A stretch of DNA of 64,000 bases from an uncultured cyanobacterium (GTDB lineage: Bacteria; Cyanobacteriota; Cyanobacteriia; Cyanobacteriales; CAWCAG01). Each line of letters starts with the position of its first letter. Position 1 is the first letter of the stretch. The notes under the pieces are model-generated. The model was not told where the DNA came from and made no database searches. It saw only the letters and a list, made by a program, of their open reading frames with translations. Positions 11,392-21,174 of the stretch are shown here, one piece after another. Both the position numbers and the translations under genes were made by a program. Location of the stretch: assembly GCA_963793425.1 (NCBI GenBank), contig CAWCAG010000001.1, forward strand, positions 288,001 through 352,000. The letters are read 5' to 3'.

Positions 11392-11967
11392 ATGGAATAT
11401 GATCTTCATTCCATAATCGAAGGCTACAGCCAAGGATATTTTCTAATGGCAGGGGAAACTGGTCAACTAGGCTGGTATGCAAGCCGAAAAAGGGCCTTGA
11501 TTCCCCTTGACAAGCAATTCCGCTACCCTAAATCTTTACAAAGGATTTTAAACCAAAATCGCTTTTCTGTAGCTATTAATCGCGATTTTCAAGCAGTATG
11601 TGAAGGTTGTGCAGATCGAGATACGACTTGGATTTCTCCGGAACTTATGGAAATTTACTGGGTTTTACACCAAGAAGGTTGGGCCCATAGCTTTGAAACT
11701 TGGCAGGGCGATCGCTTAGCAGGGGGAATTTTAGGTCTTACCATCCAAGGAGCATTTATTGGTGAATCAATGTTTTATAATATTCCTGACGGCTCTAAGG
11801 TAGCAATGGTTAAGTTAGTAGAACATTTGCGGAAAAGAAATTTTGTCCTTTTTGATGCCCAAATGCAAAATCCTCACTTAGCCCGTTTTGGTTCTTACAT
11901 TATTACTGAAGAAGAGTATCAAGTTTTTCTGAAACAAGCTCTATTAAAGCATTGTTTTTTTGTTTAA
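11392..11967 (+). CDS. aat: Leucyl/phenylalanyl-tRNA-protein transferase
   Basis: TWIS, GWAHSFETW, FIGESMF, GSKVAM, FDAQMQNPHLARFG. Confidence 0.95.
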   Translation: MEYDLHSIIEGYSQGYFLMAGETGQLGWYASRKRALIPLDKQFRYPKSLQRILNQNRFSVAINRDFQAVCEGCADRDTTWISPELMEIYWVLHQEGWAHSFETWQGDRLAGGILGLTIQGAFIGESMFYNIPDGSKVAMVKLVEHLRKRNFVLFDAQMQNPHLARFGSYIITEEEYQVFLKQALLKHCFFV

Positions 11968-12037
11968 AAAAACTTTTCTATTGCAAAAATTCAACTAGAA
12001 TGATCCCAGAGGATGACAAAGAGGCTGTTTCATTTTT

Positions 12038-13231
12038 ATGGCTAACAAAGAATCTTGGGACTTAAACAGATTTTTTAAGACCCTCACCTATTTTGAAATA
12101 ATCCCTTTTATTGGTAGGCTTAAGTGTTTGAGAAGAATGATTCTTGGAGAGGAACAGAAAGCGCCTATGAGTCCTAAGATTAACCAAACAGGTGTGGTTT
12201 TGGTAGCAGGGGCAACTGGGGTTGTAGGCAAGGAAGTTGTTAAGCAACTTCAGAAACTTGATTACCCGGTGCGAGTTTTGGTACGGAGTATTGCTAGGGC
12301 AAAAAGAATTCTAGGAGAAGACTTAGATTTTTATGAAGGGGATATTGACACACCCCAAACTCTGCAACCGGAATTGCTGGGGGATGTTGCAGCGGTGATT
12401 TGTTTTACGGAAACCCAGGTTCAAGTTGAATCAACCCCGCAAACCTCTGAAGACAAGGGAGTGAAGAATTTAGTTGCTTTAGCAGCTAAGCATCTCAACG
12501 AAGCCACCACAACTACTATTTTTGATTTTAATAATCCTAGCCAGGAATTAAAAGATAGTTGGGGGGCTGTGGATGATGTGGTTATGGGGGGTGCGAGTCA
12601 AAGTAGCATTAAGATGTTTGGTCAGACAGCTTTGTTTTCTGGTAATGCTTCGGTAGCTAATTCCGGGGGATTCGCTTCTGTTCGCAACCGCAATTTTGCT
12701 CCTCCCTTAGATTTATCTGCTTATGAAGGTTTTGAGTTGCACCTTAAAGGAGATGGCAAGCGTTATAAGTTTATCGCCCGTTGTGAGGGGAAGTGGGATG
12801 GAATTAGTTATTGTTATTCCTTTGATACTGCAAAGTCTGAGTGGCTAACAGTCCGTATACCCTTTGCTGAATTGATTCCTGTGTTTCGGGCTAAGACTCT
12901 GGCTGATGCTGATAGTTTTGCGGCAGCTAAAACCTATGCAGTGCAGTTAATGTATAGTAAGTTTGAATATGATGGGGAACTCAACCCAACTTTTGAACCC
13001 GGTTATTTTGAGTTAGAAGTTGCTTCGATTAAGGCCTATGGTGGTGAGGCTAAACCTCAGTTTGTGGTTATTAGTCCTGTTGATGTTAATTTAGAAGAAG
13101 AGCCTTCTGCGGTGAAAGTAAATGAGCTTTTGAAGGGCATTTTAACTGGGGAGTTACCGGGAGAAGATACCGTTAGGGAAAGCGGTTTAAATTATAGGAT
13201 AGTAGATATTGAGAGTCAGCAGGGACAGTAA
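12038..13231 (+). CDS. CIA30/NDUFAF1-family protein with NAD(P)-binding Rossmann N-part
   Basis: VAGATGVVG; WGAVDDVVMGG; NSGGFASVR; GDGKRYK; SKFEYDGELNP. Confidence 0.88.
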   Translation: MANKESWDLNRFFKTLTYFEIIPFIGRLKCLRRMILGEEQKAPMSPKINQTGVVLVAGATGVVGKEVVKQLQKLDYPVRVLVRSIARAKRILGEDLDFYEGDIDTPQTLQPELLGDVAAVICFTETQVQVESTPQTSEDKGVKNLVALAAKHLNEATTTTIFDFNNPSQELKDSWGAVDDVVMGGASQSSIKMFGQTALFSGNASVANSGGFASVRNRNFAPPLDLSAYEGFELHLKGDGKRYKFIARCEGKWDGISYCYSFDTAKSEWLTVRIPFAELIPVFRAKTLADADSFAAAKTYAVQLMYSKFEYDGELNPTFEPGYFELEVASIKAYGGEAKPQFVVISPVDVNLEEEPSAVKVNELLKGILTGELPGEDTVRESGLNYRIVDIESQQGQ

Positions 13232-13263
13232 TTATTCTATACAATCTAAATACCTGACAGCTT

Positions 13264-13662
13264 ATGAAATACCACGTAATTTATGATGGCAACTGCAACC
13301 TTTGTACAAACTTGGTGCAGGTTTTAGAAAAACTGGATCGAGGAGAAATATTTGATTATTTACCAATGCAAGATGAAGCAGGTTTAAAGGCGTTTGAGGT
13401 TACTCCTCAAGACTGCGAAATGGGCATGATTTTGATTGATGGTAATAACCCCTCTCGACGCTGGCAAGGTAGCAATGCAGCAGAAGAAATGGCTAACCTT
13501 TTACCCGCAGGAGAGTTATTTATTAATGCTTATCGTTCTCTTCCTGGTGTAAAATCTTTAGGCGATCGCGCTTATGAACAAGTGCGGGATAATCGTTATA
13601 GTTGGTTTGGTAAGCGTACTTCAACTTATCAATCTGCTTATCCGGTGGGGTGTAGTAAGTAA
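13264..13662 (+). CDS. DCC-family thiol-disulfide oxidoreductase (DUF393)
   Basis: YDGNCNLC; RDNRYSWFG. Confidence 0.9.
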   Translation: MKYHVIYDGNCNLCTNLVQVLEKLDRGEIFDYLPMQDEAGLKAFEVTPQDCEMGMILIDGNNPSRRWQGSNAAEEMANLLPAGELFINAYRSLPGVKSLGDRAYEQVRDNRYSWFGKRTSTYQSAYPVGCSK

Positions 13663-13744
13663 TAAGTAATAAGTAATAAGTAATAAGTAATAAGTAATAA
13701 GTAATAAGTAATAAGTAATAAGTAATAAGTAATAAGTAATAAGT
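13656..13744. repeat. STRR heptamer tandem array (TAAGTAA), ~12-13 copies
   Basis: Perfect tandem run overlapping the DCC stop codon. Confidence 0.95.
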
Positions 13745-13753
13745 TTGACCTAC

Positions 13754-14078
13754 CTTTGTAATTGGTTACTCGATGCTATTAGTCCTGTTTAGAGGACTTT
13801 TTGTATTAGCCAAGAAATGAATTTCTTGGTGATTTATGGGAGAGGGTAAAAGTGCGATTATGCGGCAGATTGCTAGTTTGTTAGCCCGTTAGCCCGACAG
13901 TCCGCCCGGAAATTAATTTCCGGGCTAATACCTTAAGTCTATTAAAATAGACTACCGACTAAAATGTACTATTTCAGCGACTTACTAGGAGATTTATAAC
14001 CGATATCAACTCTTTGTAATTGTTTACCGGATGCTATTAGCCAAAACCCCGTAGGGGCGAATGGCCATTCGCCCCTAC
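13754..14078. repeat. Cluster of palindromic REP/SDR-like elements with a 29-bp direct repeat
   Basis: Palindromes at 13781-13798, 13810-13829, 13904-13925, 13936-13953 and a perfect GTAGGGGCGAATGGCCATTCGCCCCTAC at 14051-14078; direct repeat 13754-13782 / 14012-14040 (26/29 identical). Confidence 0.85.
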
Positions 14079-14096
14079 ACCATGACTATCAATTAA

Positions 14097-17000
14097 TTAA
14101 TTCCCTCCTTCGCTTTGCCGTAATTCCTCCATTTCTTCTGGGGTGAAAGGATTATTCCCTTGCTTCAAAGCAGCTAGCCAACGTTGGCGCTTAGCTTTTA
14201 ATTCTTTTCGCTTATCAAACAAATCACTATCTACAACTGCTTGAAAATCTGCGATCGCCCCCGAAATATCTCCAGTTAAAGCCCTTGCCAGTCCGCGAGT
14301 ATCTCGGCATATCTCCTTATTAGGAAGAAGCTTTACTAACTTCTCCCCAGCAAAAATAACATTGGCAGCATAACCATGTAAGCAACCATATTTACAAAGT
14401 TGATACCAAAACTGAGGAGATATTTCTAATTTGGGGTCTAGTAGTTGCGCTTTCTGATAAGCAGGGAGTGCTTTATCAATTTCTCCTTCTTTTGCTAAAT
14501 CATAGCCACGACTCAACTCTATCGCTGCCTGAAAATTGGCTTCTTGGGCTAAAGCTTCAGGAATATTATCTGCTTTGTGTAAACCAATAGCATTTGACCA
14601 ATTTGTACCATTATTCCATTTAATATCGCTGAGGTGGGCGTAACTGAGGTGGGCGTTACTGAGGTGGGCGTCACTGAGGTTGGCGTTACGGAGGTTGGCG
14701 TTACGGAGGTGGGCGTAACTGAGGTTGGCGTTACTGAGGTTGGCGTACACTGAGGTTGGCGTTACTGAGGTCGGCGTTACTGAGGTGGGCGTTACTGAGG
14801 TTGGCGTCACTGAGGTCAATGGGTTACTAAGGTCAGTCGTAACTGAAAAATTTGCCAACTAAGGAAGCAAAACTAAAAACTCCAAGACAGTCAATATAAC
14901 CAATCAAACGCAACAAACGCTGATCATTAAAATCCTCTGTATCAGGCTGACCACAAGGATAAAAAGTAACCTTATCCTTCAACTCTTTCTGCGACTGCCC
15001 ATAACGATGCAACTCCAACAGCAAAATCAAAACATTCAAGCCAGTATAAATATCAACCTGTCGCTGCCCCCTTTCAACATCGTACTTTTGCAACTGCCTC
15101 CCCTTGCGTTGCGGTAAAGTTTCCTCCGTAGACTCAATAAACTCCCCATCACTCCAACGCAAATAAAAATCATGCAACCTCTCAAACAACGCCACGAAAT
15201 CAGGTTGACTTTGAATCAACAAAGGAGTTAAATAACCCACAACTTCCACCGTCAAAGCCCCATAACCAAACAGATCATAAACTTGCCAATCCATCTCCTT
15301 AGTAGAAACAACGTAGGTTTTACGCCGCTTCCCAGCCTTCTGTGTCCATTCTGTCAAACTCTCTACCATCCTTTCAGCACAAAGAAACTCACCAAAACTT
15401 TTATGAAAAAACTCCACACAATTCTCTGCACCGGGACTAGATTTAAGATAAAAAGCCGCTAAAGCATTCTTAAGAGGATTCTTCTCATCCTTTTCTCTTG
15501 CATTTGCTAAAAGTTCCTTCGCCGCTTCATCTTCCTTCGCCGTCAAACGCTCTTCAATCGTCGCCACCGCCGCATATTCCCGCCCCGACTGCACCACACA
15601 TAAACCAGCTTCCGCTAAAATGCTCCGTAAGTCTTCCGATTCTAAACCAGTAATTTCCAGGTTTAAATCCTTGCCTGCTTCCCTTCTCTGTTTCTTCAAC
15701 ACCCAATCAATGGCCCTTTCATAAATTAGCACCTTGGGGTCAACGGGATTATCTTCAGCAAACATCTGGGTTTGTAAAACATCATCCCGGTGCATTGCGG
15801 CGAGAAGATACAGCAAAAGAGGTTCTTGGGCCAGAATTTTTATCTGTTGGGGACAGCGTTTTTCTTTAAGAAATGCTTGGAAAGCTTCTGTTTTCTCCTT
15901 AGCTTTGCTGGCATCTGCATCAACAACCTTTTCCCAACAACTTAACCACTTCCTTTGAATAGTTTCCGACATGGTTAAAATAGCAACCCGCCCTAAATTG
16001 CCATGTCGTAGGGAACGTTGAATACCATAAAGGGCAAAAGGTCTACCCGTAATCACAACCCTATGCCCCCTTTCTTTATTCTCCTTGCATTGTTGCTGAA
16101 ACTTCGCTACTTGGTCTAAAAAACTCTCTAAACCTTGATTCGCCCCCCTTTCTAACAGCAACTCATCAAAACCATCCAACAAAAACAGAAAACGAGTATT
16201 ACGATCTGTCAGCCAACCATGATCACTGGTTGCAAAATCCCTGCCCACTGCTGCTTGCAGAGTTTTATCAAAATTAAACTCAAAAGTACTAACATCCCGC
16301 AACCGAATTAAAATCGGTGTCCAAATCGGATAAAATTCTCGCCCTATTCTATCGGCAAACATCCGACAAAAAACACTTTTTCCTCTACCTGGGCCTCCTT
16401 GAATAAAAAGAACTTGCCCTTGCTTTCCCTCATCCTGTAAGAGATTCAGCGCCCAATCTTCAATACTTTCCGGGTCAGCAAATTTGTTAATTTCCCCATC
16501 TTCTTTAACAGATTTAACCTCCAGGGGAACATAAACATCCTGGAAACTAAACTCTTCATCAAAAACCTTTTCCTGGGGTTTTTTGGCAATAACCTCTTCT
16601 AAATAATCATCAATACTTAAATAAGCTTCCTCTTCCCGTTGCCAATCCCCACCATAAACAAAAGCCAACTTCTTCACCGCATCTCCCGCTTCAACAAAAG
16701 CCCGTTTCAGATAACGATGAGTATTGCGGCTAATTCTTTCTGTAACAATTTCTGCTTCTGTTTCCCTTAACCCCGCTTCCTGGAAACGTTTTGTCAGCAA
16801 TTGGTTAAAAGCCTCGGCTAAATTTGACTCATGAAAACAGAGTAAAACCTTTCTCGCTTCGTTTTCATCTAAAGGAAATTCCTGGCCATTGAGTTCTAAC
16901 TTTTTTCCCAGGTTTTTAATTTCTTTGCCCAGGTTTTTAGAAACCTTTTCTTCATTAAACTGCTGGTGAATCTCCGGATGGGTTTTCAGGAATCTCTGCA

Positions 17001-17343
17001 TACTCTCCAAATATGCCCCCTGACTCACCAAAGCAATGCAAACTTCTAAACTCGGTTCCTTTCTATTTTTCTCGACATAGAAAGTCAAAATACCCGTAAC
17101 CAAAGGCAAAAAGGGCAAACCCGCCTCAACAACTTTCCCCAACGGCGAATCAAGAACATCTAACAGCGAATCAACTTGCCCCAGAAACGGCTCTAACTCT
17201 CCCTTCTTCTCATCTAAAGTCTCCGCCAGTTCAAAAAAGCCCTGAAAAGCTTCAATATAGTCTTTACAAGTATCCTGAGTAAAAAACTCGCTAACATCAG
17301 TATTGAGAACGCGCCAGACATCATGCCAAATATTTTTAACCAT
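14097..17343 (-). pseudogene. NACHT NTPase with pentapeptide repeats and C-terminal TPR-like region; frameshifted within the repeat array as assembled
   Basis: Walker A GGPGRGKS, Walker B FLFLLDGFDE, EFFHKSFGEFL. Three insertions (+1, +2, +1) at ~14745-14840 split it into ORFs 14833-17343 and 14097-14858; A(N/H/D)L(S/R)(N/Y/D) repeats are followed by TPR-like helices. Confidence 0.85.
14628..14846 (-). repeat. 15-nt tandem array encoding pentapeptide repeats (consensus GCC AAC CTC AGT AAC)
   Basis: 12 GCC-initiated units plus two degenerate 5' units, read directly. Confidence 0.95.
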
Positions 17344-17372
17344 CTTTTTTTCAGCAGTTATTCAGATTCAAT

Positions 17373-17405
17373 GGTGCGTTACGTCTACGGCTAACAGCAC
17401 CCTAC
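17373..17405. repeat. GTAG-type REP hairpin (related copies at ~56021 and ~62298)
   Basis: GGTGCGTTACGTCTACGGCTAACAGCACCCTAC; its reverse complement resembles 62298-62330 and 56021-56053. Confidence 0.75.
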
Positions 17406-17589
17406 TTGATTTGGTTATTTATGAAGATTACATAGTATTAATAACGTAAATTTGGTAGGGTGTGTTAGTACGCTTCAAGATATCAAAGTAGCTTCAGAAA
17501 GTTTAGTTCAGCCCGCAGGCGTACCACTTTGTCATTACTTTCCACTCACCCAGTCTCCCCAGTAGCCTACGGCAACGCTTACGCGAACC

Positions 17590-19116
17590 CTAGCTCCCTA
17601 AATCCCTTGCTTCCTGCCTTTTAAGATTCAAAGTATAACCCCGTAAATCTGCTGCCACTTCATTGGAAAGTAGATAGGCTCCAATTAGGTTAGGAAAAGA
17701 CATGGCAAATAACATTGCATCGCTGAAATCAAGTACTGAACCGGGGTTGCTGACAGAACCAATAAAAATAGCCATTAAGAATAAAATTTTATAAACAATT
17801 ACGCTGCCTTCACCAAAGCGAGAACTAAATAGATAATCCCAAGCCTTTTCTCCGTAGTAACTCCAGGAAATCATTGTGGAGAAAGCGAAGAAGAAAACGG
17901 AGATAGAAAGCAAGATCGGGAACCAGTCAATTACTGTACCGAAAGCTACAGAAGTTAAGGCTGCACCGGCGCTTTCCTCTACTAAAGCAGCATTGGCCGG
18001 ATCGTTATAAACTCCGGTAATAATAATCACCAAAGCCGTCATATTACAAACAATGACTGTATCAATAAAAGGCTCTAGCAAAGCAACTAAACCTTCTTTG
18101 ATGGGTGCATCAGTTTTGGCCGCAGAGTGGGCGATCGCAGCGGAACCTAGCCCTGCTTCGTTGGAGAAAGTAGAACGCCTCAAGCCTTGCACCATCACCC
18201 CAACAAAGCCCCCAGCTACAGCTTCTCCGGAAAAAGCCCCCTGAAAAATAGCGGCTACGGCATTGGGAAGTTCACTAATGTTGCTGAGAATAATCCAGAC
18301 TGAAGCAAGAACATAAAGAATACACATGATCGGGACAATAGTTCCTGCAACTTGACCGATGCGGCGAATGCCCCCAATAATCACCATGCCCACCAAACCA
18401 GCTAGAATTAAGCCGTAAAGCCAGCCTCTGCCTTCCAATATGGGGACAACCTCCGACACTGCCACAAAAGACTGTTTGGCTTGGAACATATTTCCACCCC
18501 CAAAAGCCCCCCCAATACAAGCAATGGCAAAGAAGACAGCTAAAACCTTACCCAATGCCCTTTGTCCCAGTCTGGCTAAACCTTGAGACAGATAGTACAT
18601 CCCTCCCCCAGAAACACTACCATCAGGTTTAATAACCCGATACTTTTGCCCCAGGGTGCATTCCACAAATTTACTACTCATCCCCAACAAACCCCCCAGA
18701 GTCATCCAAAAACTAGCGCCAGGCCCTCCAATGCTAATGGCGATCGCAACTCCGGCAATGTTACCCAAACCTACAGTCGCAGAGAGTGCCGCAGCCAGGG
18801 CTTGGAAATGGGAAACTTCCCCTGGTGAATTAGGATCATCATATTTGCCCCGGACAATATTGATAGCATGGCCGAACATTCGCACATTGACAAACTTCAT
18901 GCGGATAGTGAAGAAAATTGCCGCAATTAGCAACCAGAGAACAATGAGAGGGAAACCAGCAATTTCAAAGAAGAGGATCGCAAAAAGAACCTCAGTTACC
19001 TGAGAAAAGACTTGATCAATACTGCTAAGAAAAGCATTCCCTGTTGCTTCTTCTTGGGCTAGTACAACAGTGGGAATTAAACAAAATAAGACCGCTAATA
19101 ACCAGGATCGCTTCAT
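17590..19116 (-). CDS. Sodium:alanine/glycine symporter (AGCS family)
   Basis: ATVGLGNIAGVA, GGPGA, GGGMYY, FSNEAGLGSAAIAH, EPFIDT; ATG at 19116 preferred over 19140. Confidence 0.93.
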   Translation of the reverse strand: MKRSWLLAVLFCLIPTVVLAQEEATGNAFLSSIDQVFSQVTEVLFAILFFEIAGFPLIVLWLLIAAIFFTIRMKFVNVRMFGHAINIVRGKYDDPNSPGEVSHFQALAAALSATVGLGNIAGVAIAISIGGPGASFWMTLGGLLGMSSKFVECTLGQKYRVIKPDGSVSGGGMYYLSQGLARLGQRALGKVLAVFFAIACIGGAFGGGNMFQAKQSFVAVSEVVPILEGRGWLYGLILAGLVGMVIIGGIRRIGQVAGTIVPIMCILYVLASVWIILSNISELPNAVAAIFQGAFSGEAVAGGFVGVMVQGLRRSTFSNEAGLGSAAIAHSAAKTDAPIKEGLVALLEPFIDTVIVCNMTALVIIITGVYNDPANAALVEESAGAALTSVAFGTVIDWFPILLSISVFFFAFSTMISWSYYGEKAWDYLFSSRFGEGSVIVYKILFLMAIFIGSVSNPGSVLDFSDAMLFAMSFPNLIGAYLLSNEVAADLRGYTLNLKRQEARDLGS

Positions 19117-19393
19117 AATTATCAAATTAGGTTTTATCAATTAATTGAGTTTAAACCAAATTAGGCTGGAAGCAAGTAATTTATACCAATTGACAAACAT
19201 TGCTACCCTCTCCACCTCATTTAGCTGAGATTTACTGAATAGGGAGATTTCTACAAAGCAAAACGCTATACTAAACGGGTGAAGTCTAGGTCATGATGTT
19301 TTGTTAACTTTTAAATACATATGTTAATTTAATTCAAACAGAGGGGTTCTAAAACCCTGGCTGATATTACAAATATCGTTTCTCCTACGAACT

Positions 19394-21154
19394 ATGACAA
19401 AGACTACCTCAGCAGTTAAGGCTTTTATTACTACTTATGATAGTGAGCCTCTGACATATCAAAACTTGGAGAATGCCCTTGAAGCCATTTGTGGCAGTGA
19501 GTATTTCAGAAGCTTATTGCTTTCTCTTATTAACAGTCCAGCCTTTTCAGAGGAACTCGGAGAAGAATTTGCTCTAGCGGGTGCGGTTCAAGCTTTATCA
19601 GCTTGTCGCCGGCTACGGAGTTCTCTTAACCTCTCACTCAATAGCTTTTTTGGTTTACTGGCTGAATTAACCTCCGCTTTTGACGAAGCTGTTGGCTCTG
19701 AGTGGTCAGAATTTGCCGAAAGAATGCACCTTGCTAATTTAGGTACAAATAAGTTATTAGATTACCTTTTACGCAGTAAGGAACGAGAATTTTATCAGAA
19801 GTTAGCAGATAATCTCGTTGAGGTCAACCCCCATGGGATCTATCCAACATCCAGCTATCGGGAAAGTCGTGGTCATGTGGTTAGTACTGCCGATGATCAA
19901 ATCATCGAAGCGGTAATGAGGTCGAGTACCTTTACCTCAATTCAACTTATTGACAACTCCCTAGATCCTGAACAACATATCCTCAGAGATTTATACATTC
20001 CCCTCGGACGCTGTGTTTGTTTGGTAGATAAGAATGTAGAACACTATTACGGTGAACAGATTGAACATTACTTCCGTTACCACAACATCCATCTAGAAAA
20101 GCTTGTCTATCGGGCCATGGAAGTGGATAAAGGCATCTACACCGTAGAAAAGATCCTCGGAGATTTTAAAGCCCTTGGGGTTTCTCGCAACGAACCTGTA
20201 TTGATTATGGGTGGTGGTGTCCTGGCTGATACCGCCGGGCTTGCTTGCGCCTTATATCACCGCAACACCCCCTATGTCATGTTGTCTACATCAATTGTGG
20301 CTGGTATCGATGCAGGGCCTTCTCCACGAACTTGCTGCGATGGCTTTGGTTACAAGAATCTTTTTGGGGCTTACCATCCCCCAATTCTTTCCATTACCGA
20401 CCGCTTCTTCTTCAAAACCCTGCGGGAAGGATGGCTACGGCACGGTATCATCGAAATCATCAAAATGGCTGTAGTGAAAGATGCAGAACTCTTCGGGTAT
20501 TTAGAGCAAGCTAAAGCACAGCTTATTACAACTCGTTTCGGGACAATGAACTGTCAGCCAGAAGATGAAATCAATCATCTCTCCCAGAAAATTCTTGGGG
20601 CTGCATTGCGTAGCTATGTAGCGGCGGAATACGATAACCTTTATGAAACCCACCAATGTCGCCCCCATGCCTATGGCCATACTTGGTCACCGGGTTTTGA
20701 AATTGAAGCTGGGTTATTGCATGGCCATGCAGTTTCCATTGGTATGGGCTTTGGAGCTTATTTAAGTTACCGCTTAAACTGGATTACCAAAGAGGATTTC
20801 CACAGAATCATGAGCCTTATTAGTTCCTTTGGCTTGAGCTTATGGCATGATATTCTGCTGAAAAAAGAAACCCTTTGGTTTTCCCAAGAAAAAATTGTCC
20901 AAAAGCGAGGAGGCAACCTCGCAATACCTTTACCCAAAGGAGAAATTGGTCAATGTGCATACCTCAACTCCTTAACCCGTGAGGAACTTTATGAGGCGAT
21001 CGCAGCATATCAAAAGATTTGTACAGATTACCCCAGACAAGGCTTAGGCATTGACCCACTCTGTAGTGATGTCGGCTTAGAAGATCCTTCAACCGTAGCC
21101 CAAGCCCCCGATCAATCGGAACAAACTCCGGAACCCAGATTATCAGTCGTCTAG
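19394..21154 (+). CDS. Sedoheptulose-7-phosphate cyclase, divergent DDGS/MysA-like, with long N-terminal extension
   Basis: DHQS-fold motifs GGGVLAD, KNLFGAYH, EIIKMA, NLYE, AYGHTWSP, HGHAV; the last two are typical of DDG synthases rather than AroB. Confidence 0.85.
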   Translation: MTKTTSAVKAFITTYDSEPLTYQNLENALEAICGSEYFRSLLLSLINSPAFSEELGEEFALAGAVQALSACRRLRSSLNLSLNSFFGLLAELTSAFDEAVGSEWSEFAERMHLANLGTNKLLDYLLRSKEREFYQKLADNLVEVNPHGIYPTSSYRESRGHVVSTADDQIIEAVMRSSTFTSIQLIDNSLDPEQHILRDLYIPLGRCVCLVDKNVEHYYGEQIEHYFRYHNIHLEKLVYRAMEVDKGIYTVEKILGDFKALGVSRNEPVLIMGGGVLADTAGLACALYHRNTPYVMLSTSIVAGIDAGPSPRTCCDGFGYKNLFGAYHPPILSITDRFFFKTLREGWLRHGIIEIIKMAVVKDAELFGYLEQAKAQLITTRFGTMNCQPEDEINHLSQKILGAALRSYVAAEYDNLYETHQCRPHAYGHTWSPGFEIEAGLLHGHAVSIGMGFGAYLSYRLNWITKEDFHRIMSLISSFGLSLWHDILLKKETLWFSQEKIVQKRGGNLAIPLPKGEIGQCAYLNSLTREELYEAIAAYQKICTDYPRQGLGIDPLCSDVGLEDPSTVAQAPDQSEQTPEPRLSVV

Positions 21155-21174
21155 AGCAGCAACTTTCTCAGCCC

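Noticed and set aside
14628..14846. Possible CRISPR array
   Set aside because: Contiguous 15-nt coding units without spacers; no cas genes
14745..14858. (VTPTS)n Thr/Pro repeat at the start of the 253-aa ORF
   Set aside because: Out-of-frame reading of the pentapeptide array caused by the insertions
19394..21154. aroB (3-dehydroquinate synthase)
   Set aside because: Has AYGHTWSP/HGHAV rather than AroB-type LNxGHTxGH/HGEAV motifs
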